Positions 24,053 to 37,779 of a DNA stretch of 64,000 bases are shown piece after piece. Source of the DNA: Botryllus schlosseri. Lineage: Eukaryota. The notes below the pieces were generated by a model. It worked only from the letters and a program-made list of their open reading frames with translations. It was not told the DNA's origin and searched no databases. The position numbers and the translations under genes are program-made. The DNA lies in contig CM119373.1 in assembly GCA_051294905.1 (NCBI GenBank), positions 8,680,001 to 8,744,000 on the forward strand, in the 5' to 3' direction. Position 1 is the first letter of the stretch. Every line of letters begins with the position of its first letter.

Positions 24053-25117
24053 TCTATATCGAAGAAGCGACGATGATGAAGTTAAAATATTGGCGATGAT
24101 ATGAAGTTAATGTTTTGGCAAGGACTTTTCAAAATATAACAGGTCTTTATTGCAATGCTGAACATAATGGAGCGACGTACAAGAAAACGTAATATTTACC
24201 CGTCGGTGAAATGACTTCCTTCCACCATAGCAATTTACAACGTAGCTGGCATGGAGACTCCGCTTTGAGAACTAGCGATGTTGTGACCGACAGCACTACT
24301 AGCGGATAGGTAACATACTCATTACTCAACTCACTAGTCAGTACCCACTCAGTTAGGCTATCACTAGGTCTTAGCGAATAAATTAACAATATGAAGTTAT
24401 TGTTTCGCGTTATTCTGAAGTTATGTGCTCCAAATGGCATGTTCAAATACTCGGGTAACCAGCGGCCTCTTTCACCTCTATTATTATAATGCCATATATG
24501 TGTTGGTCGTCATAAGGTGGTAGCTGGTAAGTATAGGGGTTGGCAGACCATTTCTGAGTTGAAAAATCTAGTTGAAACACAAGAACGCGGCGCATCTCTG
24601 TTCATTTAGCGCAAGAGAGGCAGAAATGGTAGATATGGTGCTGACTTTAATTTTGCAACTGCTATAGTGCAGGCAATGACAGGTTTATACAAGATTCCGT
24701 CCCAACTGCAAGCATAACAAGAATGGTTTTAGCCTTTTAGGGATGCCGACTAAACATTGGTCGCGGAAATATTTTAATGGAATGTTTTGTAGGCCTATGT
24801 GCTGAGTGACGTAGTGAAGATTAGTTATGGTAGTAGGAAGGTACCGTTGCTATAATCAACTGTTGCTATGCTATCACTGTTGTATTTCATCTACAGATAA
24901 TAATAATTAATTTCCGACACGACGTTGGGCTCAATAACAAATTTTGGTAACGGTATTATATATGCTGTGATCATACCCAAAGGTGTTGTTGGAAGTGTTT
25001 CGCGTTATTACTGCATTCACCACTACATTATTAGTACATTCACCCTAACCGGTAACCCTAGGGTACCGTATCTCAACATTACAGGCTCACCCTAACCCTA
25101 ATATTACGGTAACCTAC

Positions 25118-25517
25118 CAGAGATGAGCATGGATTAGGATTAGGTTTTGAAAAAACAGGATTTGTGAAATTTTGTCGGATTTGGATTAGACATTTTTTTC
25201 GGAACGGATTAGGATTTGGATTGGATTTACCTATTTTCTGGGAGATTGAAATGTCGTGTGGCGAATGGCGACAAACTTTATTCAGATCAGTTATTAATGT
25301 ACTTATGGTTGCTAAGTTATCTTGAATCAAGTGAATCGTTGGTTGTGAAAGAAAATTTTCGAATCCCTCCATTGTATTTTTTCTGAATTTCCAGTTGGAA
25401 TCGGATTAGGATTGGACATGGACTTGAATATGAAAAAGTTATGGATTAGGATTTGGATTTGAAGGTTCGGATTTGGATTGGATTAGGATATAGAAATTTC
25501 AAATCCGCTCATCTCTG
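25118..25517. mobile_element. hAT MITE with GGATT(A/T)GGATT subterminal repeats
   Basis: TIR CAGAGATGAGC/GCTCATCTCTG and perfect 8-bp TSD taacctac. Confidence 0.9.
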
Positions 25518-25537
25518 TAACCTACCCACCTTCAAAA

Positions 25538-26108
25538 GGGCAAGTTTTTGCAACTTTTTTTACAGCATCTGGAAGCTTTGTAAATACTCATAATGTATAT
25601 GAAGTATGGTGTTTTAATCTGTTTGGAGGAGTTTTATGTTGCAACTTTTTTCAACTTTTGTCTATATTTTTCATGCAACTTTTATCAAGTATTGCGCAAA
25701 ATATGCTATAAAACTAGAATAAAGACTAAATTAATGGAATTCAAGTGACAATGCGGCCCACCATACGCGCCGGACGCAGGTATACTGGGTGTGCCGTGTT
25801 TACCTAGCAATTTTTTCGGGTATGCGGCATCCCCACTATTCCGTTAGTTCAGTTAAGTGAGTTTCATGACTAACTGGTAAATTGTGCAAACCCTATGTAA
25901 ATAAAAATGTAAACATGAGCGATTGAATAGCGAAGGTAGAAACGGAACAAGCAGACACCATGCAAATTTTAAACTGCTGGAACCTTTCGAGTATCTCATA
26001 CCCTCATGACTTCAAAAAATTGTATAAATGCAACTTCTGTAACTTTTGTTAAAATTTAAAAAAATAAATGCAACTTTTTCAGGTTTTTAGTGCATCAAAA
26101 ACTTGCCC
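25538..26108. mobile_element. Unclassified TIR element
   Basis: GGGCAAGTTTTTG...CAAAAACTTGCCC inverted termini and repeated GCAACTTTT motifs. No clear TSD. Confidence 0.45.
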
Positions 26109-27699
26109 ATATAACCGTCTCCTTAAACGCTAATCTTACGTTACCCTAACCACAGCCCTCTCCCCAACGCACCTACAACCCCAATCTTACGATTCCCTAA
26201 CCCGCCTCCAACCTAACCAGACGCGAAAAATAATCTATTTTGAAGTTTATAAATTTTGAAATGTTTAAGGGAATCATTTATTGTTGATTATGGTGAACAT
26301 TGTTTGATGTGTGGCCACTATCAAAGAAGCGCCGTTATTTTCAATAAAAGTCATTTTCTCGCTGTTTATCACTAGCCTACAGTTAATAATTATAGATGAC
26401 GATGACGGAGCTTAATTTGAACTGGTGGCGGGACGGTCTAAAAGTGGTTCACGAAGACAAAAAGGTTGAGAAACACTGCTCCAGACAGTTCAAGGATTCT
26501 GCTTTTTTTTAAATGACTCTCAGAGTTGTCTGAAATTTGGATACAATGATGCAGATGGCAATACGAAATTCCACATTGCACAATTTTGCATCTTCGCGTA
26601 TAATGTGAAATTTTCTACATATCTATAGTTGGATCTGTTTGTTTTGTGAAGAAGCTTCGCTCATGTACCTGGCTGAATTGGTAAGCATTAAAACGAAATT
26701 ATTTCTTTCAATTTCCAGCTTCTTCAGTGCGTCGTCAATCTACGTGCTGGATCACTGTCTCCACTATACTGGTCTGGTGTCCAAGATGTAGGACTATACG
26801 TCTTTTCATGCACAGAGATGTCGCCAATGAGTATATAGAAGTAGTTTTCCCTCTCTTCAACTACGAGAAATGTGCTTGCCATAGAGGAGCTCCTATACGA
26901 CACCAACGAAATGCAGTTAGCAAAAAAACTTTTCACACCGGTAACAAATTTGACTAAAGGTCAACGCAACAATTAATTTTGATAAAATTTTTGACTCTTT
27001 TGACATGTCAAAAAATATTCGCCCTAACAGTGTAACAGTGTAATAAAAAATATTCGCCCTAACAGTGTAATATTGACATATTCTCCAGTGAAAATTGTTA
27101 CGTAGATATGTAATGCGAAACAAGTATTTATACTTCCTGTATGGCCTTGCATGTGAAATTCATTGATAATCTTGAACGAAAATAGAAAAGGAAGGAACAT
27201 ACACATAATTTCCTATTTTTATTGCTGAGAAATTGCATCATTTATATTAAATAAATATCACCAGAGCAACAATAATGACTTGTGCAAATCCTAAATCAGA
27301 CTTTGATTTGTCTAGGAAAGCAGATTTGCGATTTGGAATTTCTGCTGTCCTTACGTGCATATGTAATCATGTACGAATGAAATGGATGTTCAGTAATTGC
27401 ATGGTGAGTTTCAACTGTCAATATAGTACATTGATAATTTGCTGTTTGTTGACAGATTTGGAAGTCATACGTCCTCGAAGTAGGGATTCTGTCCCAACCA
27501 TCAGCCAGAAGAACGACTCCTTTGGGCGCAAGCAAATATCTCCTGTCTATTCTTGAGGATTCGTGAAGATCTATTGGAGGATATGTCCGATTGAATTCAA
27601 TTTACATATATAGTCGTACTATTCTGCGATCTGCATGTTAATAGTGAACCAGTCATGTACATTAGAATATTTCGTCATCATTGGTAATAAAAATACCTC

Positions 27700-28300
27700 C
27701 ACTGGAGGATCTTGAAGGAATGAATCTTTTGATTTTTTCATACGTAGTTGGAGGAAGGTGGTTCCACAATATGATTAGCGGGCATTCAGTATTATCATCG
27801 CGACATTTCCAATTTTAGCCCATAAAAATTTGATTGAAGTCTTGTAGTATTTCCTCCTGGATGCAATTCACTATTGATAAGCACAGGTAGATAATGCTGG
27901 TCGCCGAAATGTTTTTGATTTCTGAAATTTTAGTGTCTCCGGGACACCACAACCATAACCCACAGCCCTGCACGGTGAACGCTGTTTTTTGCCCCTGGAG
28001 ACTTTCAAAACAGCAGGCTCTTGATGTGCAGTGAGCTTATCATCAATCCAGGAATATATAAATCCATGCCAAGAGTTTCTAAGCGTAATATTCGTATCAG
28101 ACTAAATTCACCGCGGAGAACTGGATGTCAAACTTTACTTGAAATGTCTGCTGGAAATATCCCAATATCACTGCATAGACGTTCTACGAAGCGATAGAAA
28201 ATACTTTCCCTGAGGGAGATACTACCGTTGTCTAAAATTCTTAGCAATTACTCCTCATTGAATACCATATCCAAGAATTATCCGAACTCCAAATGAGTTC
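27700..28300 (-). pseudogene. Possible L1/Tx1-clade LINE RT C-terminal fragment
   Basis: Degenerate LGI..., WLW..GDTKISEIKNISATSIIYL...LQDFNQIF resembles the post-RT W..R.L..GKI..IK...SKL.Y...F.W pattern. Many stops. Confidence 0.3.
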
Positions 28301-28326
28301 AATTTACAGCAAAAACCAGCACAATC

Positions 28327-28475
28327 CGCACTACAGCAACGGCATCGTCATATTTGGTTACCTACCCACTAGGGCAGTGGTTCTCAACCTTTTTGTCTTC
28401 GCACTACAGCAACGGCATCGTCATATTTGGTTACCTACCCACTAGGGCAGTGGTTCTCAACCTTTTTGTCTTCGC
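28327..28475. repeat. 73-bp tandem duplication spanning a hAT insertion junction
   Basis: cgcactacagc...cactagggcagtggttctcaacctttttgtcttcgc occurs twice, at 28327 and 28400. Confidence 0.9.
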
Positions 28476-29651
28476 GGACCCCTTCCGGACCGTCACGGAG
28501 CCCGCGGACCCCCACGATGCTTTAGATCAAATTTAGCGCAATTATCATGCAATCGCCATTTGACTTGTGCAAGTGATAGCTGTAGGCTTAGTTATAAAGA
28601 GCAACGAAATGACTTTTCTTGAAAATAAGATCATACTCTTCGTGTTGAAATTGGGATGACTTTTAATATTTCAAAGTAAATTCTGCAACTGCATATCCTT
28701 AAATACGGGGTGGTGTCTTGAAAATACGCGCCTTCGGTTTGATATGTACGAGTGCCGAAAATTCATTCCCACAATTTTAGGTTATGGCGAATGTAATAAT
28801 AACGCGTAACGCTTCCGACGACACATTTGGGTATGATCGCAACAAATATGGCACCAAAATTGAAAAGCGATTTTTTCAATGTATATACAACGTCAAGCCT
28901 GGTCATTTCTATCTAGCACAGGGGTGTCAAACATACGGCCTGCGGGCTGCATCCGGCTCGTCAGACCACTTCATCCGGCCCGCGAGGCCATTCTGAGTAG
29001 ATCGAAAAAAATTAATCTCATTATCCGACAGATTTTTAACAGAAGTTGAGATTTTACTACTAAATAATTCAACGCAAATAATTCAGCATATTTTTCACCA
29101 CGAATAGGTCGGACCAACGACGCATATCCGTTGTCCAGTGACATTGTCCACTAAAACGGGCACAGAAATATTTCAACGATATCCTCGTTACAGCCACTCT
29201 TATAGTAGGTAATAAATGTATTCAATCGGCCAATTATCGTATTTTTGATAATTCCATTGTTTGCGAATAACGTTGTTGTTGGAATAAAGTGGGCCCACAT
29301 ATTCCGTGATATCAATAAAGCATTCCAGTGAAAAGCAAAGATATGAATGTCGACATAGCATATTGAAATTATTTGACTGGTCCGGTCCGCGAGTGACTAA
29401 AACTCCACAAAACATCTTCAAACAGCATAATGTTTGTATCAGCAGGCTATTGGCAATTTTGGGATTAAAATGAGCCCGCACAGTACGATATTGCATCTCA
29501 GACGGCCATACTGTTGATGTGAGCTCTGGAGTTTTACTAGTAATGAAGCGAAACTGTGCCACGTGATTTCATGATTAAAAAAAATACAAATTAGGTTATT
29601 AAATATTTTGAGACCCCCAGGGGTCCGCGGACCCCCGGTTGAGAACCACTG
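28448..29651. mobile_element. Charlie-like hAT non-autonomous element (contains another hAT left end at about 28919)
   Basis: CAGTGGTTCTCAACC...GGTTGAGAACCACTG with perfect 8-bp TSD cactaggg. Confidence 0.9.
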
Positions 29652-30231
29652 CACTAGGGGGAGCTGCAAACCACAAGTTACCAGATCGAGTCTCCATGCC
29701 AGCTATGTTGTAAATTGCTATGCTTCCACACACTCCAATCACCCAAGCTGCTCACCGCACGGCCACCGCCAAGAAGAATGACATGTGCGAGCGATTTCTC
29801 TCACTTCCATCGCGATGATTCGAGCGTGACCGTATAATTAAATTATGAATACGAGTTCTATCTCTACACTTCGATATTTTAAGATTTCTTCAATCTTTCG
29901 ATCCATCTCTCTCTCTCGCAACTCAATCTGCTCCTCCACCCAGTGCCTAATCTATCTCCACTCAATTCTGCTGCCTTCAATTTATCCGTTATGTACGAAT
30001 ATTAGCACCTTATTGAAGTAGACATATTTTAGGAGTCTTGTAATTTTTCAATTTTCAATTTCAAGTATACCATTTTTAGCCTAAGTTCTTCTTTTCTCAG
30101 TTCACTCTCCTCCTCCATCATTTTGCTTTCTCTCATTCTCAGTTCTTTCAGCCACATTGCTTCCTTCATTTTTTCCTGTAGGTATTGAGTTTAACATGGA
30201 AGAAAAAACCTGGTGTATATTATCATAGTAG

Positions 30232-30665
30232 TTCCTGAAACTATAGAAATCCAGTTATAAAGGTATGTTGGGAGGGTTGGTATTCAAGTGTTGGGAGGGT
30301 TGGGTAGTTAAGTATTATATCGGCGAAATATATTTTGATTATTGTCTGCATTTATTGCAAAAATATTTACTTCGGACAGTTTTCGCATTTTTGATTTTGG
30401 GAGGGATTCCTGAAACTACAGAAATCCAGTTATAAAGGTATGTTGGGAGGGTTGGTATTCAAGTGTTGGGAGGGTTGGGTAGTTAAGTATTATATCGGCG
30501 AAATATATTTTGATTATTGTCTGCATTTATTGCAAAAATATTTACTTCGGACAGTTTTCGCATTTTTGATTTTGGGAGGGATTCCTGAAACTACAGAAAT
30601 CCAGTTATAAAGGTATGTTGGGAGGGTTGGTATTCAAGTGTTGGGAGGGTTGGTATTCAAGTATT
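30232..30665. repeat. 175-bp tandem repeat, about 2.5 units
   Basis: ttcctgaaacta recurs at 30232, 30407 and 30582 with near-identical intervening sequence. Confidence 0.9.
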
Positions 30666-31958
30666 ATATTGGCGTAATATATTTTCTGTTGTAAACTGGA
30701 GGGCGATCCTGAATCTGTATAGGTCTGCGGTAGGCCTAGACGTGTCTTGTTGAAATAACGTCCGTATCTATTCTTGTTGTATCCATTTTGTCTCGTGATG
30801 CTTGGGTGGCGGAATTGGTATAGAATACATTTTGTTGCATTAGTAATGCTGTTGACTTGAGAATGAAGCCAGCCGAATTGCAGATAGGATTGATTGTGAA
30901 TTTTGTTATTTTTACTAGTTATATTGGCGTGATCCCACATTGAGAAGTTTGGGTTGCTAATGGTTTTATTAGTGTTGCGCTGCTGTTCTGTGATTTTGAA
31001 ATATATGTTTGCGTTGTTTGTTCTGTGATTGTGAAATATATGTTTGAGTGACAGGTAGCAAAACGTTACCTGGGATTTCTTGAAGAAAATCCACTCTGGA
31101 ATGGGATGTGCTGCGATCAATGCAAAAAGCATATAAAACAACTCTGGAATGGTATGTACTGCGATCATATGCAAAAAGGTGAAACGCTATAGGGGATGGA
31201 GTTGTAGGATTTGTCACATCAGCACGGCATAGCCGCAACGAAAACTGACCTATTACTCGAGAGTTTGCTTCGAGTGGTTCTCCTGATGCGCCCTATAGTC
31301 AGTCTACTATTACGAAAATCCGACAACCTAGAATTATCTGTGCACTACTATTACAAAAATCCGACAACCTAGAATTATCTGAACATTGCACATTGAGTTT
31401 GACCCATCTGCTTGTCTTGAGTTTGTGAATTTTCAGTGATTCTAAAACTTTTTTGGCTTGCAGCACACTGGGAAAGTTATAAAACACTCACAGCTCACGA
31501 TGAGTTCACGATTTTTTATGAGTATGCCTATCGATACGCCGATACGCGTAACTGAACGAAACAACTGAAGCAAGGTTTACAGTGTGGACAAAAATACCAG
31601 CATATCTCCGTCAGTTCCAAGCATCTTCTCTGCTGTACAGCTCTTCATCAGTGAAGACATAAAAGCTGTGTTCACGTAGTCACAGAGATGCACTTAGACA
31701 GTAAGATGCTGATTTTGTTGGTTGATACAATGGTTATCATGAATATTATCATTATGACTAACGGCGAAAATGATAGGATGTGGAGGGAGACACGAGACAG
31801 TCATGTCACTCATTAATATATCAAATTTGACGCGTTTTAATGTCATGCTTCAGTGATTTACATCAAATTTGCATTGTAACTGTAACATCTTCCGTTGTGT
31901 TGTTTCAATATCGCTAAAACTTCTTGTACCTCTATGCAAATTTTGCTAAATATACCAC

Positions 31959-32179
31959 ATGAAGTCCAATGTTACTGAGGCTTGATAGTAGAGGCTTCTC
32001 ATTTTTTGACGACTTGCCTTGAATGTGGTATGTTAAAAAACTGGAAGTAAAACGGAAAGTGAAATAATATGAAGTCCAATGCTACTGAGGCTTGTTAGTA
32101 GAGGCTTCTCATTTTTCGACAACTTGCCTTGAATGTGGTATGTTAAAAAACTGGAAGTAAAACGGAAAGGGAAATAATA
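31959..32179. repeat. 110-bp tandem duplication
   Basis: atgaagtccaat...gaaataat at 31959 and 32069. Confidence 0.9.
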
Positions 32180-32668
32180 TTCGCTACGCGAACACAATCA
32201 ATTCATGTTACTCTTCCACATTGATTCCAAGTGCGGACATTTTAGGAAGTTGAAAATTGATAATAAATTGAAATTGTGGCAATTATATGGTATACTATAA
32301 CGATGTGCCTAAGTACTGTAAATCTACATCAGATGCACTTCAGCCAGTCTTCACACCGCTTTCATCGGCATACGACGCAGGACACTGCCAGAATACTTAT
32401 AAACTGCCCGTTATTATATAATCTAACTTCTTTCGTTGCTGTTGGCCTTCGTTGCTGTTGGCCTATTATATAATCGAATTGCTTTTCGTTGCTGTTGGCC
32501 TATAAGTTGTCGCAGCTGGGGAATAGCCGCCGTTTCCCTTCTCTTTTTCGACTTGTACACTGTGACTCCATACGTGCCACTACACCCCATCAGAGTCGGA
32601 TGAAAAACTATGTAGCATACCCTCAATTCGATAACAAAATATATTTTTGAATATATATGAACATAACT

Positions 32669-32979
32669 TAGGGGTACCATGTTTATTTTCAGACTTGCAA
32701 AACCGGAATTTTCAAAACCGGAGAAGAATTCGCAAGAACTGGTACATTTTTCCCACTTCGTGGTCGGCTGACTGAAAAAAACGTTTTTCCTTCACGTTAT
32801 CGGGTGGTGAACTTGAAAGGTCAACTTTCCACACTGCTCCTGAAATACCCGCCGGAGCGTCACTTCGTTGCTAATTCATGGCGTCTCGGTCGAATTTTGC
32901 TTTAAATATGACCAAAATTCTCAAAAAAGAGGACAAATCCTCCAGGAAGTAGGTTAAAAGAGGACGTACGGTAACCCTG
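32669..32979. mobile_element. hAT-type MITE
   Basis: TAGGGGTACCATG...GTACGGTAACCCTG imperfect TIRs; homologous to 20500-20833; TSD degenerate. Confidence 0.5.
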
Positions 32980-35589
32980 TATATAGCTGTCATCGGTTCA
33001 TAAATCAGATCCGGTTCACCCCATGCGAGTGGTACACCCTAGGGGCTAGGGTGTACGAAACACCCGGTTGAAAAGCATACCGTAGATAATGTGCGACGAC
33101 GTGGATCATATGACAATGCGCCCATTGCGGTGCCGAAAGTGTGGTATCTGGGGAGGCAAAACCTACATTTTGGAGATCGGGCACTCAGAGTCGAAGGGCA
33201 GACCAAACAAAATATAGTGAAAAAGACCCGGAAAAGCACGGTCGCATCCCTGCCGACGGAGTATTTCTTGTCTCGGCTCGTCTAATTCAATCTATCCGCA
33301 GATGCCGACTCGGAGAAGTTATATATAAGCGAAATATCGCAAATTTCTCTTCCCGATGGGACGGCAAACGCATTGTCCGAATGGAACTGAAAAAATCGTC
33401 AGATATCGGAATTATTTGGATTGGTGACGGGTCCAATAGGTTCTCGGCGAGAAATTCGACTAGTCCGAATATAGTCGTCAGGGTTCGTAAGGTGGCTTCG
33501 GCGATCGTCGGGGCGACTTTTATCCGTCCGGAATGACATACTTGGAAGAAAAGACGATAAAATCGTCGAACTATAAATGTCTGTCTCTGACTCTAATATA
33601 GTTGAGAACAATTCCACAGACGAGGCATGCGGGCCGAGAACGCAATACCGCGTAAAATGCTAATCGCAAGCACGTCAGAAACGAGTGCTGACGTGTCTGG
33701 TAACGTAACGCGGATATATTTTATAACGTCTGGGCGGATATTGTGCGACGTGAAAAAGTGGCGCAGGAGCCCATCAGCTGCGACAGCTAAGGCTTGTCAT
33801 ACCTGACCCGGAAGTTGTTGCGAATCGAGAAATTCGACGACTCGTTTAGAAGCTTCTCACCCATGTGCAGCGAGGCAGGTTATACGTTCAATTCACACAC
33901 ACAGTGCCCTCGAATTTACTATTAGGTTAGTTCGAATTATTTTGCTTCACACGTCAGAAAAAATAACAATTATTCACGATTTTCATTCGCACCACACTGC
34001 AACGTTTATCATTAGCACTAGTGCGAAACCGTCACACAGGTTGAAAAGCACTGATCAAGAGAATGGAACTCGATGAAGAAACGGGCCGCAAACTGCAGTG
34101 CCATGTGACTGGGCGATTATCTAAGGAGTGCACTGTAAATCAGACCAGTGAACTTCACCCGGGTGTATTGAGTACAATAGTTCAGTGCCATAAATTTCAA
34201 AGGTTGCATCGTATCGCACATCGCGTGTCTTGCTCAGGTAATTAATGATAGAACCATGTGTACTATATGTATTTGTGGTATTCATGGTGTTCGTTTCTGT
34301 AACTGCTGTATTATAGCACGGTCCACTTCCAGGCGTTTTAGAAGGCAACGTTTACGCGGATGAGGTGACCTGTAATATGCCACACTCGGTAAGAAATTTG
34401 GCACACTTATTATTTTGTTGTACGGCGATTTTGTTCACCGCATCTTCTCGCGGCACCCCGGAGCTGTCCAATTGGTACACTGGTTGAGAGCCACTGGCAT
34501 ATAGAGTTGGAAATATGCAAGCAAGTACACAATACATAAAGAGATCGAGGATGCGGCACGCGACAGTAGGGACGGTCGGCAGGCCATGGCGTGTACAATG
34601 CTAATGCGGGCTAGTGCAATAGTGCATAATAGCACGCTAGGAAGCCTCTCGTAGGAAGTAATATAGTCGAGGGATCTCAGATGTTTGCACGCTAATATAT
34701 GAACGGGCGGGTGGCCAGAGACGTTCCAGAGAGCGCGTAAGGTAGTATATAAATTAATAACAGATAGAAGACGTAGCCACAGGTATCAACGGCAGGTAAC
34801 ACATTCTTGCAAACTACAATACAGATAAGGATCAAGATTCCGAAGTTCTGGACCAGAAATGAAAACATGTTGGAGGTATATTCATGTTCAGCAAACGAGA
34901 CAATCCGCTTTTACCCGTTAGAAGAACCGAGCTGTCTAGCAAACATGTCCCACCGCCAACACTTCCTGTAAGCGAATGAACGCGAATCAAGGTTTAGAAG
35001 ACTCTCGCAATGAACCGGTGTTTACCCCAATTGTCCGTAATCAACGAAATAACACTCATGACTACTCGTAAACTACTCGTAACTCAGCAGTGGTGCTAAT
35101 TGGCGCATTTGCGAACCAAATTCCGGAATTGTGACTTATTTTCATGTTAGTTGGCACCTGATTTTTCAGTTTGGCGCGTAAGCACTATTTAGGTACTTTC
35201 CACATTCTTCAACTTCAACAGCGCAACGAAACACAAGCTCATTGTCCATTGCTGCGACGCCAGCTGATCACTCACTCTCGCCGTGCAGCCGCCCATTTGC
35301 TCCTAAGCTACGCATGTTCCAGCACTAGTACGACTGAGAACAGAGCAGCGTAACGCTCGACAATGTTGGAAATTTGGTTCTAATAATTGATGTGTCCTTA
35401 ACAGGTTTTGTCTCACATTTGCTATGAAAAGCAGTGGTGCATACGAACAGCTTTGTGATGCTGGTTTGCTGCTGCTACCTAGTAGAAGGACTCTTTTTAA
35501 CTACAGGTTCGTTTTCTACTCATGAAAACTTGGGCCGGCCCGAACCCGGATCCAATTTAATATCTCACTTTTGTTGTAATAGAAGCGTC

Positions 35590-36510
35590 CATAGCTCGTC
35601 ACCCGGATTTCTGGACACCACTATACAAGAGCTAAAGGAGAAATCAAGATCAATGGAGGAGCATGAACGTCTTGTACTATCAATGGATGAGATAAAAGGT
35701 ACTATAAGGTGTGTTAGGTCAATCGATAATGGATATATTTTGTTATCATTGCTTTGTAGCAGTGCTCTGCACCAGACTTTACAGTTAATCTTTTTGCACT
35801 GCTATCCAATGTAATCTTCCACGTGCCTGATTACATCTGATTATTGTATTTTCAGTGAAAGAAAATATATTTTATTCCGCAAGCCTCAACACATAATGGT
35901 AGGATTCGTCGATCTTGGGAGTCAAGACCTGCAAATGATGGCGAAGCAGCTACACACGCTTTTCAACTTTATGTCAGGGGCCTTGTAACGTCATTTTCCA
36001 AGCTCTTGGCATACTACGCTACAAAGTCTGTGACTTCATTTCAACTCTCCTGTATATTTTGGGAATGTGTCGGCATGTTGGAGGATTGTGGATTTCGAGT
36101 AGCTGCATTTGTTGCTGATGGACTAAGTGCGAATCGCAAAATGTTCCAAGAGCTCAATAACATGAATTTGGAGTATACATACAAATGCAGAAATATATTC
36201 AACCCCGGAATATGAAACATTTCTGATTTTTGACCCTCCTGATTTATTGAAAACCGTACGCAACAACCTATACGCCAGTCGCAGTGGTGGTACTAAAATT
36301 ATCGCCAAATATGACAAAGTTATACGTTGGCGGCATTTTACAGCTGTTCCAAAACTGTTTAAAACAACATAATTGAGATGCTGCGAATTGACAGATGCAC
36401 AATTGCACATTTACGTATGCAAAGCTTTGCGAAGATGCGTGGGATTTTTGCTGCTCAGCTTCTGTCTAATAGTGTTGCACGTATCATGAGAGCGCGGGGA
36501 GGTGACGAGC
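35590..36510 (+). pseudogene. P-element/THAP9-like transposase remnant
   Basis: LKEKSRSMEEHERLVLSMDEI, VGFVDLG, FVADGLSANRKMF, FDPPDLLKTVRNN and FAKMRGIFAAQLLSNSVA. Interrupted by a hAT end at 36511. Confidence 0.75.
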
Positions 36511-36700
36511 AGGGTTGTAACCAAGTCACATGGTTCCGAGTCACGAGTCAATCATACTTTTGTGGTTTTGACTCGAGTCGAGTCATTTTCAATTCATCAC
36601 AGACTCGAGTCCGAGTCCAAGTCACCGTTTAAAGGGTCAAGTCCGATTCATGGTGTTATGACTCGAGTCGAGTTCAAGTCACAGTATTGAAGTCATGTTC
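36511..36700. mobile_element. Left part of the GACTCGAGTC hAT MITE family
   Basis: CAGGGTTGTAACCAAGTCAC start; homologous to 12923-13100. Confidence 0.75.
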
Positions 36701-37779
36701 AACTCATGTTTTCAATCCTGCTTGGGTGATATCGAATTCCTTGTTTGCGAAACATGCTCATTTTGTCCCTATCAGAGTCTTGGCACGTGTTTATTTAGGC
36801 AGATAACGGACAGTTCCTGGCCTCATTTACCGATGCTAAAGATAACTTTACTATTCGCAGAACTTAAAATCAAATAACTTTACTATTCGTAGAACTTAAA
36901 ATCAAATATCTTTCTTGTCAGTCTAATACATCACCCATACAAGCATTCACTTTTTATTATGAGCACATCGACGATAGCTCACGAATAGCTGATAGAGAAC
37001 CAACGAATTCACGTGTACATAGTATCTGATAGAGAACCAACAAATTCACGTCAAGATACTAGTTGATAGAGAATCAATAGATGCATGTTTATGTAGAGGT
37101 ATTTACAACAGGCCAGCATGCTGTAATATCGTGCATGCAACTATGTGCATTGTGCAGTGACAACAGAACAGATACCTTTTGATTATACTAAACGTTTTCC
37201 CAATTGCATTACAGACTACATCGCAGTTACAGCATTGGAGAAATAATTGTGGAATGGGGCTGTTCAAAAACATTTTTTCAAATTTTCCGGCTACTTCTTA
37301 AAATTGCTAGATAGCCTAAAAAATCAAATTTGGCTCAATTCCAACCAGTAGAAAGCAATGCTATAAAAGAAAATTTTAGACTAATTACAAATAGAGATTT
37401 TCGAATTTTACCGGCTATCTCATGATATTGTTACATTGTGTAAAAATATGATTCATAGCAAATTTGACTCAATTCCAACTAGAAAAAGTGAAGTTATTAG
37501 AGTAGAATGTTTTGGATATGAAAAAATAGTCGGCTTACTACTGTGTAATTATATTATATGAAAGAATTTCTCACTAAAATACTCCATTTATTTTCAAATC
37601 CAAAATATTCTCCTCTCACATCATTGATTCCACTTTTTTCAAATGAGAGGGTTAACTGCGGTCACCACTTGGTGGGATCGAGAGCTACTGGTCCTTTCAG
37701 TCGCGTTGCAGTCGCGTGTGACTCAATACATCAGCAGTACCCGAGCGACGTTCGCAGTTATTGTATGACTTCCTGTAAT

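Noticed and set aside
25060-26220. Telomeric (TTAGG/CCCTAA) repeats
   Set aside because: The motifs are scattered subterminal repeats of a TSD-bounded MITE and isolated ccctaac words, not a tandem telomere array.
29880-30190. Coiled-coil E/K/R-rich reading on the minus strand as the Harbinger Myb partner C-terminus
   Set aside because: Purine-rich bias alone can produce it. No Myb/SANT domain was found, and it is 7 kb from the transposase.
30605-31174. 189-aa ORF as a gene or LINE endonuclease
   Set aside because: Low-complexity N/I/T-rich sequence running into a tandem repeat, with no recognisable motif.
33032-33056. Perfect 11-bp hairpin as a Helitron 3' end or terminator
   Set aside because: There is no correctly spaced CTRR end outside the hairpin, no A|T target and no Rep/helicase remnant.
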